NCBI GenBank assembly: GCA_965226795.1
Contig: CBDDDZ010000005.1
Span: 1,120,001 to 1,184,000, forward strand
Origin: Candidatus Latescibacterota bacterium
GTDB taxonomy: Bacteria; Latescibacterota; UBA2968; GCA-2709665
DNA: 64,000 nucleotides
Reading direction: 5' to 3'
The translations under genes and the position numbers were made by a program. Position 1 is the first letter of the stretch, and the number at the start of each line of letters is the position of its first letter. The notes under the pieces are model-generated. The model ran no database searches and was not told the origin of the DNA. It worked only from the letters and a program-made list of their open reading frames with translations. Positions 57,091 through 64,000 of the stretch are shown here, piece by piece.

Positions 57091-58404
57091 GTGTCCCTGG
57101 AACAAATTGAAGTCGTGAAGGCCCGGAACGTGCGTTTCCTGCCGAAGCCACACTCTCTTTGTGTTTACCGGCTGCTGTTGATCCTGATTCTCTTTCCGAC
57201 TGCCAAGGCGATGGCTCAAGCCCGGTATCAGGTGGGGATCGACGCGACGCGGTCGTCTCAGATAGGGGCGGAGAACCTTGCCGCGATCCATCGTGTGGTG
57301 TATGCCCTTGAGAATCGCATTCTCAGCCCTCGCCTGTTCGACGAAAGCACAAAACGCCGAAAGACGGCCGGGATTCTTTACCGGCTGGGCAAGACGGTTC
57401 TTGTCGACAACATTGTCGATCACCTTCTGGTCCTGATCCAACACGAGGTCTTTGGACATGGCGCCCGGTTCAGGGAATTCGGATACCGGGATATTTCATA
57501 CGATCTCAGTCTGTTTCCTCCTTACGGCAGCAGTCGCGGCACTGCCTACGGCTCACGTGACCCCGAAAGAAGAACGACACGACACGAGCGAATCGGTATT
57601 ACGATAGGGGGATCTGAAGCCAATACGATTCTTGCAAAGTCCATTCGATCCAGATGGCTTCAGCGCGGCGTCGTCAAATCGCGAGAAATCATGGTGTACC
57701 TGCCTTCGTCGCTGGATCTGACCTGGTACATCCTGCGCACCCGTTTCGGTTCCCGGCCGAGACCGGGCAACGACGTGGCCAATTATCTCCGGGACCTCAA
57801 CCTTCTTGAAGGCTATTCCGAAACAGACGACCGATTGACTCTGGAAGATCTGAGTGCGCAGACGCTGGTGGGCCTGCTCAATCCCACCGCACTCTGGGCG
57901 ATGTACGCGTATGCCGTTTCTTATCTCTATCACGGATCGGCCGAGTCCGAACTGCCCATGCTCAGGCTTCGCGCGGTCGGGTACCTGCCTTCCTTCCGCC
58001 TCGGGTTGACCCCGTTCGGCTCGGTGGTGACCTTTGAAAATGTCATTGTACATTCCGGGCGCGTCTCGAACGTTTTCTTTCGTTACGGGATGCCTTCGTT
58101 TCATAGATTTGGCGGATTCGGTGTCGCCGTCGACAATCTCGCCGCAGCGAAGGGAATCACTGTCAGTCCGAGAGCTGAGTTCTGGCATCAGCCCTCGCTT
58201 CTCCTCGGTGGGGAACGGCTGAGGGCAGGGCGATCGGGACTGGGCGGTGGGGTATGGGCCAGGATCGACTATCAGGTTGGCGCAAGCGGTTACAAGCCGA
58301 GAATTGGTCTCGAAATCGGCGGCAAGACGGACGGCTTCGTGGAAGGGGAGGCATTGGGTAGAGGATTTACGCTGAGGCTGGGATTGAGTATTGCTGAGCA
58401 TTGA
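57091..58404 (+). CDS. Hypothetical exported protein with HExxGH motif and beta-rich C-terminus
   Basis: Hydrophobic signal-like segment; QHEVFGHGAR; amphipathic beta strands at the C-terminus; start uncertain. Confidence 0.75.
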   Translation: MSLEQIEVVKARNVRFLPKPHSLCVYRLLLILILFPTAKAMAQARYQVGIDATRSSQIGAENLAAIHRVVYALENRILSPRLFDESTKRRKTAGILYRLGKTVLVDNIVDHLLVLIQHEVFGHGARFREFGYRDISYDLSLFPPYGSSRGTAYGSRDPERRTTRHERIGITIGGSEANTILAKSIRSRWLQRGVVKSREIMVYLPSSLDLTWYILRTRFGSRPRPGNDVANYLRDLNLLEGYSETDDRLTLEDLSAQTLVGLLNPTALWAMYAYAVSYLYHGSAESELPMLRLRAVGYLPSFRLGLTPFGSVVTFENVIVHSGRVSNVFFRYGMPSFHRFGGFGVAVDNLAAAKGITVSPRAEFWHQPSLLLGGERLRAGRSGLGGGVWARIDYQVGASGYKPRIGLEIGGKTDGFVEGEALGRGFTLRLGLSIAEH

Positions 58405-58454
58405 CGCCGTGGTTGGCTGCTGGAAATTCAGGGCCCTCAAACTGAAAAGACCAG

Positions 58455-58916
58455 ATGATGTCCGATACAGGAAGGAAGCGAGGAACCATCTCTCTCCGCC
58501 AGGGTCTCCTCTTGATCTTTGTCCTCGGAAGCGTTGGGCTGGGAGCCGAGTTGCTGCTGCTGGAGCATTTCCAGGAATGGCGGCAACAGGTGCCCCTGGT
58601 ACTACTGGCTTCAGGGTTGGTCCTGGTGGCGGCGCGGGCGCGCTACAGGCGGGCGGTTATCGTCTGCTTGTTCCGCCTCACGATGCTGGCGTACGTGCTG
58701 GGCGGGATCGCGGGATTCTGGTTTCATATCGCCGCGAACATGGATTTCGAATTGGAAATGTATTCAAGGTTGAGCGGTTGGGACCTGGTGTCCAGGACGG
58801 CGCGCGGCGCCCTGCCCGTGCTGGCGCCCGGCGCACTTATCCAACTTGGTCTTATCGGCTATCTCTACACGCACCGGCATCCCGATCCGGGCGCCGGACG
58901 ATCTGGGAAATATTAG
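58455..58916 (+). CDS. Hypothetical membrane protein
   Basis: ELLLLEH, GFWFH, NMDFELE, PVLAPG; four hydrophobic segments. Confidence 0.8.
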   Translation: MMSDTGRKRGTISLRQGLLLIFVLGSVGLGAELLLLEHFQEWRQQVPLVLLASGLVLVAARARYRRAVIVCLFRLTMLAYVLGGIAGFWFHIAANMDFELEMYSRLSGWDLVSRTARGALPVLAPGALIQLGLIGYLYTHRHPDPGAGRSGKY

Positions 58917-59002
58917 TGCCGTCCAGTGAGTCGTCCGCGCATTCATCTCCGCCGAATCCTCGGGGCTTCGGTCCAAAACCTGTAAAATCAGCGTGAACGG
59001 GA

Positions 59003-59036
59003 GGAGCGGCGCGTCTACAGCCAGACGCGCCGCTCC
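59003..59036. terminator. Perfect 14-bp hairpin between convergent genes
   Basis: GGAGCGGCGCGTCT-ACAGCC-AGACGCGCCGCTCC. Confidence 0.6.
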
Positions 59037-59098
59037 CGTTGGGATCCAACCTCGTGTACAACGTCTGCTACGGCAAATCGGCCATGTCCGGGGTTGTC

Positions 59099-59566
59099 CT
59101 AGTACTCGATTCGGTCCGGCATACTGTGCCACTCCCGAAAGACCGCGAGCGCCTCGTCTCGCAGCAGTTGACGGGAGGGGATCCGCCGGTCGGTACGCGG
59201 CAACTGCAACTCCCTGTAGAGGAATTCATCATCGAAACCGATTTCCCCCGCGTCTTCGGCGGTATTGGCGAAGTAAATCATATCGATCCGTGCCCAGTAT
59301 ATGGCAGCCAGGCACATCGGGCAGGGCTCACAACTGGCATAGATTTCACAACCGCCAAGGTGGAATGCGCGGAGCCGGGATCCCGCTTTCCTGATCGCCA
59401 TCATCTCCGCGTGGGCCGTCGGGTCGTTGCCGGCGACCACCTCGTTGTATCCTTCCGCAACGATCATTCCGCTCGTGACGATGACCGCGCCAAATGGACC
59501 GCCTCGCCCCGTCCGCATCTGGATTCGCGAAAGTTCTATCGCCCGGGCCATGAATTCCGGCTGCAT
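59099..59566 (-). CDS. guaD: Guanine deaminase (cytidine-deaminase fold)
   Basis: GGPFGAVIV, DPTAHAE, SCEPCPMCLAAIYWA, IGFDD, terminal Tyr. Confidence 0.9.
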   Translation of the reverse strand: MQPEFMARAIELSRIQMRTGRGGPFGAVIVTSGMIVAEGYNEVVAGNDPTAHAEMMAIRKAGSRLRAFHLGGCEIYASCEPCPMCLAAIYWARIDMIYFANTAEDAGEIGFDDEFLYRELQLPRTDRRIPSRQLLRDEALAVFREWHSMPDRIEY

Positions 59567-59592
59567 CTGAATACCCCCTTTGTTGAACTGCC

Positions 59593-61704
59593 CTACTGGT
59601 CTCGCAGGCATCCGTTTACTTTGTGATTCGGATCGTCGGGCAAACCGGCGTGGTCGAGATTCGCATCGGTACCTCTGGAAAGCGCCGTGATGGTTCCTCT
59701 GTTCAGCCGCAGCTGGTTTGGCCGCACCGATATCCCGTTCCGGTCTCTATCGCTCCGGTTAACACAATACTCAAAGGCAAGCCTGTCCGTACCCGATCCG
59801 CCTGTGTAGCGCGCACGTCGAAATATACTACTGCAGTAAAATTTGAGCATCAGAGAGGGATTGCCGGTTACAACGACTGGCACGTCGAAGGATACATCGA
59901 CACTTATGGTCTCTCCCTGGCCATAGGTGTCGCCGCTTTCGGGAGTGGACGTTATACGGAGGCCCTCGATCACCGGAATGGCTGGTGATTCTTCCAGGAC
60001 CACTTGTGCCGAAGCTGGGGTCGCTTCAGTCACGTTTGATGGAAGGTTGCCGAAGTTCAGTTGGATAACCTCTTCCGCGCCTTCACTATGATCACTGTCT
60101 TGCATTGCCGTCAGGGTAAAGGTCCGCATACTCGCGTCCGGTTCAAAGGTGAGACTGGCAGGGACCCCTGTATAGTCTTCCGGACCGGCTCCGTTTTCTT
60201 CTACCACAGAGATGGGGACCGTGATCGGCAGGGTGCCTGCCGCCGGATCCAGATAAACCGCAACCTCGACCCCCGAGGGGTCGCCCTCTACAGCAGTGTA
60301 ACGCGATGCGCCAAAGGAAACGGTGCGTCTGATCTTCTCAACCCCCGATGTCGATGACCATGCGCCGGAACCTTCGCTGTTGGTGGCCCGGACCTGAATC
60401 TCGTAGGCATCTTCGGTCAGGTTCTCCAGCGTGACCGTCGTTTCCGTCTGATCGGTATCCGTCACTTCGGTCCATGTCAGGGATCCCGCAGCGCGGTAGC
60501 GATAGTCGTAGTCGGTCACCTCGAAGCCTGCTGGAAATGCCACCAGGGCCCCATTTTCAAAGAAACCGCCAGGTGTCGTCCACTCAACGTCAATCGCCGT
60601 GTCGTCCGCCTCCTGAAATTGCGCGTCAATGTCTCCGGGAGGCGCCGGGACCCCGACGTCCTTGACCCGGATGGTCAGGTCGAGCACCGAACCGCTGCAT
60701 CCCGTCGGCGTTCCTTCGTTGTCCAGGTAATGGATATTGTGCGTGTTGACGACGCGTAACCGGTACTGATTGTCAGCGTCGCTGTCGCTGGGCACTTCAA
60801 AGTCCGGTACAGTCTTGAACGCCAGCGACACGGTTCCCGACGTCGCCCTTTCTTCTGAGGAAAGAGAGAAGTGCGTGACATCCTCACCGCCGTCCGGTAG
60901 CGTGTATGGATAGTAGGCGGTGAAGATCTCACATCGGATGAGAGGCGGCGACCAGTCGAATCCCCACTCTCGATGGTCGTCGGTGACAGCCGTCCACCTG
61001 GGCAATTCCTCGCTCGCGGGCATCGTGGTCCCTTCGTACATATCGATCGGGGTCGGGATCTCCCAGCGCTGGTCCGTTACGTATTCGGCTGGCGCTGAAA
61101 ACTGGGCCGAGCCATCATAAACCAGGTGGATGTTGAAGACCTGGGGATCGCTTTCAGCGGTTCCATCGCTCGCGTAGATTGCGGACGGCAGGGTAGGGAT
61201 GTTGGCGACTTCCCCGTAGACTGAGGTAAACCGGGCGGGGGCTATGTCTCCATTGCCGTGGAGCGCGAAGCTGTTGCCGTCGCGCGTGATGCGTAACAGG
61301 GCTTCCGAAGGCGTCTGAATGCCGGAAACACCGGGCACGGCAAACGCGAAACGGTAGGAGATGTCGTCTCCGTCCTGGTCTGTCGCCGGCTCACCTTCGA
61401 ACCGTAGCAGAGCCGACGGGCCCCTGGGGAGCAGCAGGGTCAGTTCCTGGTTGCCGATGGAACCATTGAAAGTAGGCGGGTGGTTGTTTCCGTGGTTTCT
61501 GGCTGTCGTTTTGGAAGCTGTACTGAAGACCGCGGGCTTGGAGAGTGCCCCCTTGAACCGGGCACCGGTCGAAATATCCATGGATCGCAACTTTCCGGTT
61601 GATCCAGGTGACGTTTCTGCCGGTGCGGTGGGAAATGGGGTGCTGTTACCAGCGCAGCCCGACAGGCCAACGCTGAGCGCGAGTAGTGCTGAACGAATCG
61701 ACAT
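59593..61704 (-). CDS. Surface lipoprotein with cadherin-like, fibronectin type III, Calx-beta-like and terminal Ig-like domains
   Basis: Lipobox LSGC; PDFEVPSDSDADNQY; YDYRYR...YEIQVRATNSEGSGAWS; VSFGASRYTAVEG...DY; YTGGSGTDRLAFEY. Confidence 0.85.
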   Translation of the reverse strand: MSIRSALLALSVGLSGCAGNSTPFPTAPAETSPGSTGKLRSMDISTGARFKGALSKPAVFSTASKTTARNHGNNHPPTFNGSIGNQELTLLLPRGPSALLRFEGEPATDQDGDDISYRFAFAVPGVSGIQTPSEALLRITRDGNSFALHGNGDIAPARFTSVYGEVANIPTLPSAIYASDGTAESDPQVFNIHLVYDGSAQFSAPAEYVTDQRWEIPTPIDMYEGTTMPASEELPRWTAVTDDHREWGFDWSPPLIRCEIFTAYYPYTLPDGGEDVTHFSLSSEERATSGTVSLAFKTVPDFEVPSDSDADNQYRLRVVNTHNIHYLDNEGTPTGCSGSVLDLTIRVKDVGVPAPPGDIDAQFQEADDTAIDVEWTTPGGFFENGALVAFPAGFEVTDYDYRYRAAGSLTWTEVTDTDQTETTVTLENLTEDAYEIQVRATNSEGSGAWSSTSGVEKIRRTVSFGASRYTAVEGDPSGVEVAVYLDPAAGTLPITVPISVVEENGAGPEDYTGVPASLTFEPDASMRTFTLTAMQDSDHSEGAEEVIQLNFGNLPSNVTEATPASAQVVLEESPAIPVIEGLRITSTPESGDTYGQGETISVDVSFDVPVVVTGNPSLMLKFYCSSIFRRARYTGGSGTDRLAFEYCVNRSDRDRNGISVRPNQLRLNRGTITALSRGTDANLDHAGLPDDPNHKVNGCLRDQ

Positions 61705-61923
61705 GGCGTACCCTCCTTATGGTTGTTTCATGTCTGAACGATTCGATTCCGTCCCGCGCCGTCAGGGGATAGTCGGCCGATTCTATCCGGCCCGAGGTGG
61801 CGGGGGCGGGTTAGTGCCGTAGATGCATAAGCATTAAGTCCTCCTTTAGTGATTGATAAGCTATCCTATATGACGACGCATCTGCGAGTGCGTTCCAGGA
61901 AAATGTTAAAAAAAACCGCCGCC

Positions 61924-61974
61924 ATGAACATTCGAGTTCATCGTCTTGACAGGGATTTCACAAACACCTATGTT
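61924..61974 (+). promoter_or_regulatory. Palindromic operator-like site plus sigma70-like promoter
   Basis: ATGAAC-N6-GTTCAT (61924-61941) abutting TTGACA-17-TATGTT (61946-61974). Confidence 0.45.
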
Positions 61975-62166
61975 CCTGGTGAAGCGAAAGACATGGAATG
62001 GCGCCACGGCTGGAATGGCAGGCTGGAGGGGAAGTCCTTTAGGCGGGCGGACTCTACACCAGGGGTATGAAAAGGTTCAACATAAAGGATACATTATGGG
62101 CTTTTTCAACCCAACCCGTTGCGTGCGCGAGGTGTTGACCTGATATCGACTGGAGGGAAATCGACA

Positions 62167-63123
62167 ATGACGGAATCGTCAGCACTTGGACGTATCGAAC
62201 GGGCTGATCTTCGTGAGGCCTGGCCGCACGAGAGCGCGGATTTTACACCTTGGCTCGCGGACCATATTTCCGAACTTGGCGACGCTTTGGGGTTGGAATT
62301 AGAACTACAATCTCAGGAAACACCCGTCGGTGCTTTTTCATTGGATCTGTTGGCTCGTGTGTCGCAAACAAACCGCACGGTGATAATCGAAAACCAGCTG
62401 CAGCAGACCAATCATGACCACTTAGGAAAACTGCTCACTTACGCGGGCGGCTGCGATGCCCACGTGATAGTCTGGGTAGCAAAAGAATTCAGGGATGAAC
62501 ACCGGCAAGCGATCGACTGGTTGAACCAACGCACTGGCGAAGAGACTGAGTTCTATGCCGTCGTTGTTGAAGTATGGACGATTGACGGTTCTCGGCCCGC
62601 TCCCTACTTCAACCTGGTTGCCACTCCAAACGAGTGGCAACGCGAAGCCACTGAAACTATACGTCTGGGCAATACATCCGATAGGAACGTGCGGTATCAG
62701 TCGTTCTTCCAGAACCTTATAGACACACTCAGAGAACAAGGATTTACGAACGTCTTCAAGGCACAGCCTCAAGGTTGGTACAGCTTTTCAGCGGGATACG
62801 GCCATCGCGCTCAATATGGTGCCTGCTTCGGTCAAGGAGGAACGGTAAGGGTTGAGGTCTATATAGACTCGAACGATAAGGATTGGAACAAGACTCTGTT
62901 TGATCAGCTCATTGAAAGAAAAGTACTCATCGAATCCGAACTCGGAGGGTCTCTCGTTTGGGAGCGCCTGGACCATAGAAAAGCCAGCCGCGTCAGTTTA
63001 ACACGACAAGGTAGCATTGACGACGATGAGAAGGCGCTGGCAGAAATTAAAAACTGGATGCTTTCCAAACTCTTGGAATTTAAACGAGTATTTGGGCCGT
63101 ATCTGGATGAATTGGCAGGATAA
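62167..63123 (+). CDS. DUF4268 domain protein with N-terminal PD-(D/E)xK nuclease-like domain
   Basis: LREAWPHESADFTPWL, LDLLA, VIIENQL, HDHLGKLLTYAGG, WERLDHRKASR. Confidence 0.88.
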   Translation: MTESSALGRIERADLREAWPHESADFTPWLADHISELGDALGLELELQSQETPVGAFSLDLLARVSQTNRTVIIENQLQQTNHDHLGKLLTYAGGCDAHVIVWVAKEFRDEHRQAIDWLNQRTGEETEFYAVVVEVWTIDGSRPAPYFNLVATPNEWQREATETIRLGNTSDRNVRYQSFFQNLIDTLREQGFTNVFKAQPQGWYSFSAGYGHRAQYGACFGQGGTVRVEVYIDSNDKDWNKTLFDQLIERKVLIESELGGSLVWERLDHRKASRVSLTRQGSIDDDEKALAEIKNWMLSKLLEFKRVFGPYLDELAG

Positions 63124-63192
63124 TAACCATGGCTAGTAAGCTGGCTGGCTGGCAGAGTAGCTTGGAGGACCGGAACAACGAAGGAGGTGTTC

Positions 63193-64000
63193 TTGACGCG
63201 GCAGGTTGAACAGCACACCATGCCATTCGCTACCGACACCCCGCTGCCGCGCGCGCGCCGCGTGGAAGTGATCCCGATCGACCAGGAAGGCGAGCGGGCG
63301 TTCTACATGCGCGATCCGCTGGCGTTCGCGCCGCAGCCGCTGTTGCTCGGACCGGCCGGGATGCTCGTTCTGTCGCATCTGGATGGCCGGCACACCATCG
63401 ATCAGATTCACGAAGCCTTGCGAAAGTGGCTTCCAGGCGGTGACGTGGGAGTCGGAGAGATCCGCCATGTGTTGAGCAGATTGAGCGAGGGTTGCTACCT
63501 CGATGACCACGTGGCTGCGGCGCGGATCGCCCGGGTATGCGAGGAATTCGAAAATGCGGACGTGCGACCGGCATGGCACGCCGGCAACGCCTACCCTCAG
63601 GATCCTGGGGAGCTTGCGGCGATGCTCGACAGCTTTTTCGCCGCCGCTTCGTCCGTGAAGGCACAGGATGGAGGCGCACAGGAAAACCCGACAGCGCAGC
63701 TTGCCGCTATCATGTGTCCGCACATCGATCTGCGCGCAGGCGGGGAGACCTACCCGCCCGCCTTCACGGCGCTGTCCTCGGCCGCCGGTGGATCAACGCC
63801 GTTCGAGCTCTATGTCATTCTCGGCGTGGCGCACAACGGCGGCACGGAACCGGGAAAGAGCTTCGCCATCGCTACCCGGAAACATTACGAAACCCCTTTC
63901 GGGCGGGTGCCTACGAACGCCCGGGTAATCCAGGATTGGTCACGCTGCGCGGGGCGAGATATCACCCAGCAGCAGTGGCAGCATCGCACCGAGCACTCCG
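63193..64000 (+). CDS. amrB: AmmeMemoRadiSam system protein B (MEMO1 family) with N-terminal extension, partial
   Basis: Translated by hand (missing from the ORF track): AAGGAGGTG RBS, TTG start, RPAWHAGNAYP, IMCPHIDL, ILGVAH, YETPFG, HRTEHS; runs off the window end. Confidence 0.9.
   Translation, partial: MTRQVEQHTMPFATDTPLPRARRVEVIPIDQEGERAFYMRDPLAFAPQPLLLGPAGMLVLSHLDGRHTIDQIHEALRKWLPGGDVGVGEIRHVLSRLSEGCYLDDHVAAARIARVCEEFENADVRPAWHAGNAYPQDPGELAAMLDSFFAAASSVKAQDGGAQENPTAQLAAIMCPHIDLRAGGETYPPAFTALSSAAGGSTPFELYVILGVAHNGGTEPGKSFAIATRKHYETPFGRVPTNARVIQDWSRCAGRDITQQQWQHRTEHS

Noticed and set aside
61975..62065. Possible tRNA or att site next to the DUF4268 gene
   Set aside because: No T-arm GTTCRA motif or cloverleaf on either strand.
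1..64000. CRISPR array, prophage, integrase or transposase
   Set aside because: No regularly spaced direct repeats and no ORFs with matching motifs were seen.

Overview
A GC-rich bacterial chromosomal window. The gene content suggests a Latescibacterota/Poribacteria-like heterotroph (inference): five sugar-isomerase TIM barrels, three Gfo/Idh/MocA enzymes, two PhyH dioxygenases, two DUF3179 lipoproteins and an FN3/Calx-beta lipoprotein. Core genes are prmA, uvrB-nadC-birA-coaX, dppABC (no ATPases) and rplM-rpsI-rpsB-tsf-frr (no pyrH). mgtE and an HExxH metallopeptidase gene are broken by small indels. I saw no rRNA, tRNA, CRISPR array or transposase. The best candidates for undescribed biology are four. 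(1) A self-contained ~255-nt transcription unit just upstream of rplM, with a 13-nt extended Shine-Dalgarno, an 11-codon ORF and strong RNA structure. (2) A flavoprotein that resembles eukaryotic OSGIN1/2, divergent from a class III aminotransferase. (3) A coupled gene pair starting with a TraR/DksA-type zinc finger, divergent from a GlnR-like atypical regulator. (4) An orphan XPB-partner/WYL protein behind a promoter-proximal terminator. All family calls come from motif recognition by eye; no database searches were run.
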